The notes under the pieces are model-generated. The model was not told the DNA's origin and ran no database searches. It saw only the letters and a list, made by a program, of their open reading frames with translations. Of a DNA stretch of 64,000 nucleotides, positions 23,886 to 40,164 are shown piece by piece. Numbering within the stretch: position 1 is the first letter of the stretch; each line of letters opens with the position of its first letter. Made by a program: the position numbers and the translations under genes. Source of the stretch: the human T2T-CHM13v2.0 reference genome, Homo sapiens; assembly GCF_009914755.1 (NCBI RefSeq), contig NC_060927.1; one strand, 5' to 3'.

Positions 23886-24979
23886 ATAGTATTGATAATT
23901 TCTTCATAAAAGCATACAGATATCTATACTGTATACTACTGGGTGTGCTCAAATTCATATTATCAGGAAGTTTCCTAAGAAAAGGAATTGCCAACCAGCT
24001 CCCAGAAGAAGACATAGACCTGAACAAATCTGGGGTTTCATTTTGAAATAGTCTCTTACTCCATTGATAACTTACTGAAAACTTGTTGTTAACTGGCATT
24101 TGCACACTCTCTAAGCAAGTGATACTTGGTCTTTACAGGGACTTGCCTCCTAAACCATCAGTGATTTAATCCTGTCCATTTAGTTTTAGTATTAAGTGAA
24201 TTATATTGTATTCTAAAATTGCTTGTCTGAATTTGTAACACAAATAAAGTATTTTGGTAACCTTCTGTAAAACCGAATACCTTAATTAAGTGGAACCAAA
24301 ATCAGGTCAAGAGTTACATATATAGACCAACTGCCCGGCAATCTTACTATGACAATCATTGGAACAAAGTAACTGTTTTTGACAAACTGATTTTTTTTCA
24401 ACATTGGTGGCTCATACTTTCCATTAATTAGAAAACTGTTGTATTTGATTGAATTTGACAGACATTTATAGACCACCTACCATGAGCCGTTCTAGTTCCC
24501 AAGGATATCATACTGTCAGGAGGAGAGAGATAGGTATATCTGAATTTCCATATAGTGTTATCGGTGTTATGATGGATTCAACACAGGTATTAGAAATGTC
24601 TTGGTGTTTATGATTTTTGTAATAAAAATAATCTGGCATACTTTCAATTTTTAAAGTAATTTTAGAAAGGATATCCATATTTATGTTTAACCTACTTCAT
24701 CTTACAATTTGTTCGTCATTATTTTAGGGCCACTCGGTTAGACAAGTGATGAGCAAGTAAACCACAACAGAGGTACAGTATGTGTTCACCAGAGTGGCTT
24801 CTTGTAAACTTCCCTGCAGAAAAGTCCTGGAAGGGCTCTGGGAGGAGATATTGGCAACTGTATCTCAAAATCAGGATGGTGGTGGAGACTTAAGAAGTCT
24901 AGTGGTGTGTAAAGAAAAGGCTTCCATGCGACTATCCCTAAGCTGAGATGGAACCTCTCATCTGTGTTAGATGACCCCT

Positions 24980-25186
24980 GTGCCCCTAGCCCTTCACCTC
25001 CTCTACCAGAGCAACCCACACACTGAGGTGTCATTATCTGTCTCTGGTCTGTCTCTCCTGCCAGTTTGTGGCATTCAGAGGTCAGTGATCTTGTCCTGTT
25101 TATCTGCAGATCCCTAGTGCTTGGCATAGTACCTAGTGTACAGTGAACACTCAATAAATGTTTGTTGAATGAAGAATGAATAAATG
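24980..25186 (+). mobile_element. L2 3' end
   Basis: 'ccctagtgcttggcatagtacctag...cactcaataaatgtttgttgaatgaagaatgaat' is the canonical L2 terminus. Confidence 0.8.
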
Positions 25187-26569
25187 TTACAGGCAAAGTG
25201 TATAATCGAGGGATTGCAATCAACTCCAAGCTAATTCCTAGTCAATTCCTAGCAGTGGCTTATGGCCATATTAAACCTTGCATTAGAATGATTTATGATG
25301 CCTGGTTTAACACAATGACAATAACATACTCAATGAAGTAATAAATGAATTGTGTTTTAGGCATAGTCACTTGTCAACTAGGAATTTAATTCAGAGTTTC
25401 TGTTTCAATCATCAATAAATACTATCACATGCAAATATTTGAGGATCCCAGCTTCATGCTATGGAATTCACGCACACTTAAAATTCAAGCAGCTTTTATG
25501 TACTAAAATCCCGTAATTGAGGACCAGCTTCTTCTTCAGTTAAATATTTGGCTTCAGTAAATGTGGTTCATGAATCTACTCTGTTTTTAATTGCTGTAGA
25601 CATTTGCTCAACATTTTGTTTTACGGCCATTTAAGTAAAGAGATTTTGCTATAATAAAATGTGTATATTTGTTTTGAGTAGGTATCATTATTTTTATGTG
25701 AGTGTATCTTGTACAATGCAATTAAAACCTTCAATAGCAACTTGCTTTCGAAATGTATAGAAAAATATGGTCTCAAAAGACTTTTGCTGCAGAAAGATAT
25801 GAATAAGTAGAAGTATATGAATTGAAGAAAATAAAAATTATTTTCCAGCACCCTGATGGCGTTTCCATTATGTCATTTGCAAATTGTCAAATGCTTTAAC
25901 CAAGAAAAAAGGAGTAATTTGTGGAGTGAAAAGTTCAAATCACTTTATCCTTCTCCCTCACATCACCTCTTCGCCTACCCTTAACTTGGTCAGCTTGGTC
26001 CATTCTCATTCCTGTACCCATGTGAAGTCATAGTAGTTACAGACACTCCTGAGGATTAGCTCTTAGACAAATGGTAAATTTTATTATTTTCTGACTCTGG
26101 TAACTTGGGCAAGGATGGACTGTTAAAACTTAAAAATAATTGTGAGTATATTTTATGTTATTTATAGACATTTATGTTATACATATATACACACACACAC
26201 ATACATAATTGTTTACTTTCATGGACACACTGAAAATCATTTCCAGAAATGCTCCATTCCTTAATCATTTATTGAGTTCACCATCTCCTTCTTGGTATTT
26301 ATTATTCTTTCTACAGCTTTCTGTCATCTTACCTAGGAGAATACACATGCCAAACAGCAGTAAACTCATTTGGTCAAATTCCCATGAAACATAACTAAAG
26401 CTTGGCCAGTATGACTCTAAATATTTAGTTGTTTAACAAAAATTCACAGGACTCACCTAAGTGCTGGTTTTTCACCTGAGAGAAGCGGTAAGTTAGAAAG
26501 GAGAGTAGTGAGACTCAGGTAGAAAAAAAGTAACTTGCTAAACAGAAGAAGGTGCATTAATTAAGCTAA

Positions 26570-26670
26570 TTGTAGTAGTCAGTCATTTCACAATGTACAT
26601 GTATATCAAATCATCACATTACACACTTCAACTATATACAATTTTTGTCAGTTATGCCTCAGAAAAGGGG
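26570..26670 (+). mobile_element. L1MA/L1MB 3' terminal fragment
   Basis: 'catttcacaatgtacatgtatatcaaatcatcacattacacacttcaactatatacaatttttgtcagttatgcctca'. Confidence 0.65.
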
Positions 26671-27213
26671 GAGTGGGGAAAGAAGAGCATCTTTTAGAGA
26701 CATTGTCCAATTTCTATTTGCATTCCCATTATTCCTCCCTCACACACATCCCAGGAAGGGAGGATTATTTGTAAGACAGTTTTAAAAGTATCCTGAGGGT
26801 TCTAATGGATAATCTCAAGAGTCTTTTCCCTAGAACAATGAAAGGAAAATTTTGTGTAGAAAAACCTGCATGTATATGAGGAAAATGGGTGATGGCACCA
26901 TTGATTGAGAAACAAGGAAAACAAGTTTGGCCACACAGTGCTTTTTCTTTTTCCTTTTCTTTATGGTTTTATCAATCTCCTAAAACCCAAACAATATTTT
27001 AATTGTAGCCTCTCTAAAGCTCCTTTTATTGTTTCCTTTAGCTTTGCTGCTTTCAGCCTTGTTCCTGAAATTTATGCTATTGTCAGAAATCCTAGATTAA
27101 AAATCTAGTAGTGTGGCTAAATGTGCTTAACCCTCTTTCTCTCTAGGTGTTCAACACCCTTATCAAGGGTTCATCTCTTCATTTGGCTGTGTTTATGTAG
27201 ATGTGCACAAGCA

Positions 27214-27277
27214 ACACACACAGACATATATAGAAACACCCACACCGACACACACACATACACACACACACCCACAC
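27214..27277. repeat. Imperfect (CA)n microsatellite
   Basis: Read directly. Confidence 0.8.
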
Positions 27278-27903
27278 TGCAGGAATGGACTTTGGAGCCA
27301 CTTTGCATCATCACCCCTATTAGGATTATCAGAGTATTGGATTGTGGGTAAAGGAAGATCTATTTCTTTCCAAAGGGTGAGAAAAATGGGAGGGTGTCAG
27401 GGAGAGGGAAAAGAGAAGAAAATAAAGTGTGTGTGTTTTGGGTTGGGGGAGGGAGAAAAGGAGAGGGGGAATATGAGTGAGTGTGGAGGGAGGAGGGGAA
27501 ATGAAAGGATATTATATATTTTTTTGTATCTGTCATTTCCCTGCTATCTCCCATATGACTTCTTAATCCATCAGAATGCTGGGAAGATAATGTTTTGGGC
27601 GAAATAACATGAGAGAGAGGATAGACTCCCAAGGACCAATATCTTTATTGCTCGGAGGATAAACGGATTATGTCAGCCATTTTCTGTTGCTGACAGCTTT
27701 TCTTATTAACCGATTTTATTTTTTAATCTTCCAGGGAAGAAATATGGTTTTATGTCACAATAAAACGCCGGTCACATCTAATTCTGCCCTCAAACAAACA
27801 GATTTCTGAAAGCCTTGCAGAGAAATTTGAAATAACTTTAAAGAGGGGGTTTTTGGATAAAGTCTTTATCCAGGGGCTTGTTCAACTGCAGTGTAAAAGG
27901 TTT

Positions 27904-27994
27904 AGAGAGAGAGGAGAGGAGAGAGAGAGAGAGAGAGAAATAGAGGGAGGGAGAGAGAAGAGAAGAGGGAGAGAAGAAAAGCGGAGAAAGGAAG
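27904..27994. repeat. GA-rich polypurine tract / imperfect (GA)n
   Basis: About 90 bp almost purine-only on the + strand. Confidence 0.9.
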
Positions 27995-29064
27995 ACCCAC
28001 ACAGCTGTTTTGCTTGGTGATCTCTCTTCAAACACACTGGGGTTTAGTCAGGAAAATGCAGTTTGGATGAAAGAGGGCTGGGTAGATGAAAAGAGGAACA
28101 GTGGGCTTCTTCTGGGGCTTTGGGTGTGGGGAACTGCTTACCCACACCTCTCTAAAACTGACACTTCTTCCCAGTTGTTGTTCTGGAACCATTAGGAGTT
28201 GATGGTGTGTCTTTCAAGAATCATAAACAAATCAATGTGAATTCTGTGAGGCATTTGGAGCTCAGAGGCAATTCTTGTCTTTTTTTCCATGATTCCTTTG
28301 CTAGGAAATTTCAGCCTGCTTGAGGATTTAGGTCTTCAGTTAGCCCCAAGAAAACCTTCTGTCAAACACCGCAGACAACTCTGGCCTTTGCTCACTTCTG
28401 TAGGCCTGCAACGAGCACATAGCCATCACTAATATAAAAAACCACTCGTTTCTTCTCTTCTGTGTGGCACAAAGCAATTTAGCCAGACAGGGCTCCTGCC
28501 CACCAGGGGCTTAGCCCAGAAAACGTCCTGAATTTGTGCCTCATACTTTGTTCAGTGCCCGGCTCACTGCAGACCCAGTACCTTGACTGATAATGATGGC
28601 CGAGTCTTACATTGTGCCCTGCTGGGAAGTATTGGTGATTTAGAGTACTTTAAAAATCTGTTAAAAATAAATTTCTTGGATTTTCTAAGGTGTTGTTTTT
28701 TATAAGAGAAATGGGCTTTTCAAAAAAGCATCCTGAAACCTGGGACAATTTGGGAACTTAAAGCTTGTCCTAAGGTGAGTGAGACAGACTAAATACCTCC
28801 AGTCAACTGTGAAAAGAGGGGAGATTCAAAGGAATAGGTTGGGCCAAACCTCTTCTTACCTAGGAACAAAAAGATGGGTTTTCCTACTTCATTTCTTTGC
28901 CTGGAGAGATAGAGAACTGGTAGAAATGGAGGGAAAAAGGTCATTTAAGGTCTTTGCACCAGAGGGTCATGAGGATAGCCACTCAAAGTGAGCAGCCCAG
29001 AGGCTGCTTTGATCTGAAACAAGCCTGAACTTCCAGGAAGTGCTTATGGCTCTAAGCTGTGATT

Positions 29065-29180
29065 AATTTTTTTTTAAATACACAGGTCTTAAGTGAACAG
29101 TTTTATCAGCTTTTGGACATACGTATATACGTGTGTGACCAACACTCCAACCAATGCTGAGAACATTTCCATCGCTCCGG
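29065..29180 (-). mobile_element. L1M 3' terminal fragment
   Basis: T-run then 'cacaggtcttaagtgaacagtttta...gaacatttccatc'. Confidence 0.55.
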
Positions 29181-29409
29181 ATTTAAGTGAATGGTGCCTC
29201 TGGATGTTTGCATTGCACTATCTGTGTGGACCTTTGTGGTGGTCCAGCAGGCAGCTTTGATGAAGATCCACTGATACACAAGATATTGAACAGATTATTT
29301 GGCAAGATAATTATATTCTGCTTTTTGGTTTACCAAGTACATTCCCATATACTATCTCAGCATATCCTTTCAAATGATGAAGATAATGATAATAATAATG
29401 CAATAACAT

Positions 29410-29615
29410 CATCAATAACAATTACAAACATTGACATATGTTTATCTTGTGTCAAGCACATGTATTACTACATTTATTCCTTTCAACAGTGTTGCATCTA
29501 TTTTATAGATGTTGAAACTGAAGCAAAGGGAGGTTAAGTAACTGGTCTAAGATCATAGAATGAATATGTGTTAAAGCCTGAGAATCTGTCTCCAAAATTT
29601 GTGCTTTTAACTAAA
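29410..29615 (-). mobile_element. MIR SINE
   Basis: 'tattttatagatgttgaaactgaagcaaagggaggttaagtaactggtctaagatcatag'. Confidence 0.75.
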
Positions 29616-29630
29616 TATATGAGGTCTGGA

Positions 29631-29719
29631 AATGGTAGATGACATATAAACAAAGATCACATAGCCAATTCAAAAGGTAGATGACACATAAACAAAGATC
29701 ACACAGCCAATTCAATGGT
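29631..29719. repeat. 42-bp tandem duplication (about 2.1 copies)
   Basis: ggtagatgaca(t/c)ataaacaaagatcaca(t/c)agccaattcaa starting at 29634 and 29676. Confidence 0.95.
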
Positions 29720-30030
29720 GGCTCTGGATCCTATAATAGGTTTTTTAAGCTTACATCAACCTACCCTTCAGCCTCATTCCCATTGTCCACCCCCATCCTA
29801 TACTCCTACCAATCCATGCCTCAACCTTACAGAGCTAATTACTGGTCTCTGAGGTTGCTGTCATCTTTTAGGCCTTTGTGCCTTTAAATATGTTCTTTCC
29901 TCTTCTCCTACTGGGAAACTCTCACTCATCCTTCGAGGCTTAGCTCCACTGCCACCTCCTCAGTGAACCCCCCTTGAACTGCCTAGTTGAACAGTTTTCA
30001 CTAAATTATATTAACTAAGACTTATATCTT
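29720..30030 (+). mobile_element. L2 fragment
   Basis: 'ggcctttgtgcct...actctcactcatccttcgaggcttagctccactgccacctcctcagtgaacc'. Confidence 0.6.
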
Positions 30031-30037
30031 TAATATT

Positions 30038-30393
30038 TGATATGGTTTGGCTCTGTGTCCCCACCCAAAATCTCATCTCAAATTGTAATACCCATGTGTT
30101 GAGGGAGGGAGGTGATTGGATCATGGGGATGGTTTCCTTCATGCTGTTCTCATGATAGTGAGTGAGTTCTCATGAGATCTGATAATTTTATAAGTGTTTG
30201 ACAGTTCCTCCTTCACACAGTTCTCTCACCTGCTGCCTTGTAATGAAGGTGCCTGCTTCCCTATCCACCATGATTGTATGTTTCCTGAGGCCTCCCAAGC
30301 CATGTAGAACTGAGAGTCAAATAAGCCTTCTATCTTTATAAATTACCCAGTCTCGGGTATTTATTTATAGCAGTGTGAAAACGGACTAACACA
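30038..30393 (+). mobile_element. THE1D/MSTA-type solo LTR
   Basis: tgatatggtttggctctgtgtccccacc...ggactaacaca; perfect 5-bp TSD atatt at 30033-30037 and 30394-30398. Confidence 0.92.
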
Positions 30394-31574
30394 ATATTAA
30401 ATGGGGAAGAAGTGCTTGTGTTTACTTCAACTAAGCCTTTGGTTTATGCCTTATCATTTGGAACCCATGGCTGTGAGACACCTACACCAGGTGGTGGCAG
30501 TATACTTAGTTAAGGAGTTCCTTTCTAAGACAGAAATAGTATTTTTTCAAAAATTTTTAGAGTTGCTAAAATTCAAGACCATAAGTTACAAAAATGTCAT
30601 AACGTGGGATGATTTTTATTTACAATTCTGTAACAAAAATAATATGGTCACACCTGTTGGATATCATTAAGGACCCATCTTCCTCCCAGTGAACCTTTAC
30701 CCAGATTTTGCAATGTGTGGTCAGATCCTTCTTCCTAGAATGCTCCCCACCATTATCTTGCTCATTATTTTCATGTGAGCATCTTAGGGAAACTTTTATA
30801 ATGCACTTTAACTTAGTAATTCATAACTAATGTCCTGCAACACTGTGCTAAAGGACATTAATATATAATTCACATAATTCAGAGAAAGAGAGAGAGACAC
30901 ACATATCTAAGTAAGTGAAAACAAGCACGGAAAATGCTGAGCTAAGCTTTGTTAAATTGGTTTCTTGAGAGCAGTACTTTAAAGAGCCTCTATTATGTAG
31001 TGTTTCCAAGTCATATTTAAATAGAGAACCCATTTTGGAGAGACTCCAATTAGTATCTTCTATTAGAGCTGTATCACAGCTTGGTAGGCATCCTTCAACT
31101 CTAAAGCATAAACACCTTGAGACATTTTTTACTTCAAAGTATATTTTTAATTGTTGCTTTCATATACCTATGTATATTAGACAATATTTACCACAATCTG
31201 CATTACGTAATCACTGGGGACTGGAAGGTTTCAGACTCTATTATTCATGCCACTATAAACTGCGGAACCCTTATAAACTTCAATTGACCAGCAAGTGAGG
31301 GAGGCTTGGTCCCCATGCAGACCTGCAAAAGGAATTTGCTGTGGAGTCTGCTGTCAGAATGACTGACTGTGGACACAGACTGTGATCCCATGGTGTGGGA
31401 CATGCAGAACACAAAGTCCTGGGCCATGCCCACAGCAGGCAGAGAAGTTTGTTGTGAGTCTTTGATGCGTTGAGATGGATCAAATGGATCAATTATATTA
31501 ATTATGAAGCATGGAGATGTATCTGGGCTTTTCCCAAAAACTGAGGTGCCAATGGCTGTCACTAGGTTCCCTTG

Positions 31575-31775
31575 CATTTGCAGTTCTAACTTAACAAGAC
31601 ATAAAATGAATCATTTGTTGAGACCTTCAGTTTCCTTTTTGTTAGCAATGTGGAATATCAGCATAACAGTACTGTTTCACAGGGTTGTTGAGATAACTGA
31701 CTGAGATAATGTCCTGAAAAGAATAAACATAGGGTTGGGCATGTAATAAGTATTCAATAAATGGTGACACCTGTT
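31575..31775 (+). mobile_element. MIR SINE
   Basis: 'ttcagtttcctttt...tcacagggttgttgagataact...agtattcaataaatgg'. Confidence 0.65.
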
Positions 31776-32032
31776 AAAAACCACAATAAAAAAATAAAAA
31801 AATAAAATAAAAAAATACTTATAGCAAAGTTTGTGCACTGCATTATTTGGGTCATGCTGCCTTTTGCCACCTTGCAGTTCCCAGCACATAATAAGCTTAA
31901 ATAATATTTTTAAATGAATGAATACTAGCTTTTGTGGCCTCTGCTTTCAATGACCAGTTTATCTCAATGTACTTATAACAACAGGTTTTCTTTTCTGTTT
32001 CTTGGGGATTTTGTGAGACCTTAATGCATTAC

Positions 32033-32485
32033 TGTATTAGTTTCCTGGGCCTGCCACAACAAAGTACCACAAACTGGGTTCCTTAAAATAACAGACATTT
32101 ATTATCTCACAGTCCAGGAAGTTAAAAGTCCAAAATGAAGGTGTCAGCAGGGCACTGCTCTCTCTCAAAGGGAGAATCTGTAGGGGAGAATCCTTCTTTG
32201 CCTCTTCCTGTCTTCTAGTGGCTTCCTTTGATCCTTGTTGTTCCTTGGCTTGCAGCTGCATCACTCCAATCTGTTTCTGTTGTCATATGATATTCTTCCT
32301 AGGTGTCTCTGTCTTTCCAAGTCATTTTTCTCATCCTATAAGGGCACCAGTTATATTGGATCAGGGCCCACCCTAACGACCTCATAGTAACTTGATTACA
32401 TCTTCAACGACCCTATTTCCAAATAATATCACACTCATACATACTGAGAGTTAAGACTTCAGCATATCTTTTTGGGGAACACAAT
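32033..32485 (-). mobile_element. MLT1C-type LTR, lacking its last ~12 bp
   Basis: tgtattagtttcctggg...aaagtaccacaaactggg...ggggaacacaat. Confidence 0.85.
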
Positions 32486-32589
32486 GGTTTTAACCTTAGG
32501 GGCATTAACATTTACTTTCTCAATAAAAGTTATTTTTTTACTTAATAAAAAGTACATAAACGTTAAGGCCCCTAAGGTTAAAACCATTG
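32482..32589. repeat. Inverted repeat / hairpin with 33-bp arms (31/33 matches)
   Basis: caatggttttaaccttaggggcattaacattta versus rc of taaacgttaaggcccctaaggttaaaaccattg. Confidence 0.95.
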
Positions 32590-33374
32590 CTAGTTAGGGT
32601 TTCTGTCACTAACAGCATATGCATCTTAGGTGATATAATGTGGGAAAGACCAAAGTCACAAGGGAATTCTTGGTACTAGGTCCAAAGTACCACAGGAATT
32701 ATGATTACCTGGCCTGAGACATATGCCTTCCAATTAGTGAGGATGGAGCCAATGTGCTATGATTGGTACTATCAGAACAACATGTGAGGAAAAGGAAGGA
32801 CAATTTTCCAAAGAGAAGGTTGGGTAAGAGGGTGTAATTACCTGAAGAAGAAGGAAAGGATGTTCAGCAGACCAAAATAGTACATGCCAATTATACAAAC
32901 TAAATGTCTAACTGCAGAAATGGTGCCAACTCTTAATGGAATATTACCTGGCCATTGAAAGTGTGTTTATGCACATTTCTGTAATAACAAGTATAAATGT
33001 TTATAATGATGTTAATATTATAGTATCATTATAAAAGTATATACAAAGTTGTTTTCAAGTTTTCTTTAATAAAGATAATACTTTAAAAATTTTTTGAAAC
33101 ATTAAATTTATGTAGATGAGGCAACCTTGTGCTAGCTATTATAAGAAGCAAACATGGTATTTATGCTGGTATAACAATAAATGACAGAAGAGGAGCCAAG
33201 ATGGCTGAATAGGAACAGCTCCAGTCTACAGCTCCTAGCATAAGCAACACAGAAGACGGATGATTTCTGCATTTCCACCTGAGGTACCAGGTTCATCTGA
33301 CTGGGGAGTGCCAGACAGTGGGGGCAGGACAGGGGGTGCAGCGCACCGTGTGCAAGCCGAAGCAGGGTGAGGCA

Positions 33375-33638
33375 TCACCTCACCCGGGAAGTGCAAGGGG
33401 TCAGGGAATTCCCTTTCCTAGTCAAAGAAAGAGGTGACAGACGGCACCTGGAAAATCGGGTCACTCCCACCCTAATACTGCACTTTTCCAACAGGTTTAA
33501 AAAACGGCACATCAGGAGATTATATCCTGCACCTGACTCGGAGGGTCCTATGCCCACAGAGTCTCGCTCATTGTTGGCACAGAAGTCCCAAATCAAACTG
33601 CAAGGTGGCAGCGAGGCTGGGGGAGGGGCGCCCACCAT
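33375..33638 (-). CDS. L1 ORF0 homolog (87 aa), open
   Basis: MVGAPPPASLPPCSLIWDFCANNERDSVGIGPSE...IRVGVTRFSRC closely matches primate L1 ORF0; ATG at 33638 (cat at 33636-33638). Confidence 0.55.
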   Translation of the reverse strand: MVGAPPPASLPPCSLIWDFCANNERDSVGIGPSESGAGYNLLMCRFLNLLEKCSIRVGVTRFSRCRLSPLSLTRKGNSLTPCTSRVR

Positions 33639-35305
33639 TGCCAAGTTAGTTGTTTGATTAGGTAAACAAAGTGGCTGGGAAGCTTGAACTGGGTGAAGCC
33701 CACCACAGCTCAAGGAGGCCTGCCTGCCTCTGTAGGCTCCACCTCTGGGGGCAGGGCACAGACAAACAAAAAGACAGCAGTAACCTCTGCAGACTTAAAT
33801 GTCCCTGTCTGACAGCTTTGAAGAGAGTAGTGGTTCTCCCAGCATGCAGCTTGAGATCTGAGAACGGGCAGACTGCCTCCTCAAGTGGTTCCCTGACCCC
33901 CGAGTAGCCTAACTGGGAGACAGACACCCCCCAGTAGGGGCAGACTGACACCTCACACAGCCGGGTACTCCTCTGAGACAAAACTTCCAGAGGAACAATC
34001 AGGCAGCAGCATTTGCAGTTCACCAATATCCGCTGTTCTGCAGCCACTGCTGCTGATACCCAGGCAAACAGGGTCTGGAGTGGACCTCTAGCAAACTCCA
34101 ACAGACCTGCAGCTGAGGGTCCTGTCTGTTAGAAGGAAAACTAACAAACAGAAAGGACATCCACACCAAAAACCCATCTGTACGTCACCATCGTCAAAGA
34201 CCAAAGGTACATAAAACCACAAAGATGGGGAAAAAACAGAGCAGAAAAACTGGAAACTCTAAAAATCAGAGCGCCTCTCCTCCTCCAAAGGAACGCAGCT
34301 CCTCACCAGCAATGGAACAAAGCTGGACAGAGAATGACTTTGATGAGTTGAGAGAAGAAGGCTTCAGATGATCAAACTACTCCGAGCTACAGGAGGAAAT
34401 TCGAACCAATGGCAAAGAAGGTAAAAGCTTTGAAAAAAAATTAGACGAATGGACAACTAGAATAACCAATGCAGAGAAGTCCTTAAAGGACCTCATGGAG
34501 CTGAAAACCAAGGCACGAGAGCTATGTGACGAATGCAGAAGCCTCAGTAGCCAATGCGATCAACTGGAAGAAAGGGTATCAGTGATGGAAAACGAAATGA
34601 ATGAAATGAAGTGAAGAGAGAAGTTTAGAGAAAAAAAGAATAAAAAGAAACAAACAAAGCCTCCAAGAAATATGGGACTACGTGAAAAGACCAAATCTAC
34701 ATCTGTTTGGTGTATCTGAAAGTGACGGGGAGAATGGAACCAACTTGGAAAACACTCTGCAGGATATTATCCAGGAGAACTTCCCCAATCTAGCAAGGCA
34801 GGCCAACATTCACATTCAGGAAATACAGAGAATGCCACAAAGATACTCCTTGAAAAGAGCAACTCCAAGACACATATTTGTCAGATTCACCAAAGTTGAA
34901 ATGAAGGAAAAAATGTTAAGGGCAGCCAGAGAGAAAGGTCGGGTTATCCACAAAGGGAAGCCCATCAGACTAACAGCAGATCTCTCAGCAGAAACTCTAC
35001 AAGCCAGAAGAAAGTGGGGACCAATGTTCAACATTCTTAAAGAAAAGAATTTTCAACCCAGAATTTCATATCCAGCCAAACTAAGCTTCATAAGTGAAGG
35101 AGAAATAAAATCCTTTACAGACAAGCAAATGCTGAGAGATTTTGTCATCACCAGGCCTGCCCTAAAAGAGTTCCTGAAGGAAGCACTAAACATGGAAAGG
35201 AACAACCGGTACCAGCCACTGCAAAAACATGCCAAATTGTAAAGACCATCAAGGCTAGGAAGAAACTGCATCAACTAACGAGCAAAATCACCAGCTAACA
35301 TCATA

Positions 35306-39243
<3,938 letters not shown>

Positions 39244-40164
39244 ACAATGAGAACACATGGACACAGGAAGGGGAACATCACACTCTGGGGACTGTTGTGT
39301 GGTGGGGTGAGTGGGGAGGGATAGCATTAGGAGATATACCTAATGCTAAATGGCAAGTTAATGGCTGCAGTACACCAACATGGCACATGTATACATATGT
39401 AACAAACCTGCACGTTGTGCACATGTACCCTAAAACTTAAAGTATAATAATAAAATAAAATAAACAACAAATAATTCATATAAAACTTTATGCAAAGTTA
39501 AACTTGCAAGACACTTGGCATATGAAAAGATATTTAAGGAGGTGAAGAAATGTCAAGAGCAAGAGTTTTGACTGGCACAAAAGGTTTAACCATGACAGGA
39601 GACTTTCTGAAAGATGGTGGATTAAAAATAGGTCCAAACTCTTTCTCCTGGCTACTGTAACAGAAAAACAATAGCGTTGTCTGATAAAAAGAAAATCAAT
39701 AACCCCCAGTGTAAACTTAGAAAATAATGAGCAAATCTAAGTAAATGAAGTGACCCCAATTCAGCTAAGCAATTCTGCAACACCAGCTGAAAAGCTAAGA
39801 GAGAGGCAGGACCAACTCCTGAAGGAGGCTTGAATGAGTTGATAAATTTAAATGAAATAAACAATGGTTGCTAAAAACAAAACAAGTTATGAAACCAAAG
39901 GACTGCACACAATGTGGAAATGCTATAAAGAGTAAAGAAGGGTCACAAGAGGCTGGTAAGGGCAAAAATCAAGTATAGAAATGCAGATACTCACCAAAGT
40001 TTAAATATCTTAGGAAGAGAAGTGGAAAACCATGTATATAGAGGAAATTTATAAATAAAAGTGAACAGCAAATTTTCCCTGAATTTAGAAAGAACAGTTA
40101 TTCATGTAGCCAAGCTAGATGAATAGGGACATTGGGGCAGTAGATCAGCAAGGAATGGGAGGCT

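Noticed and set aside
29631-29719. Direct repeats as a CRISPR-like array
   Set aside because: Two adjacent copies, no spacers, eukaryotic context, no cas genes.
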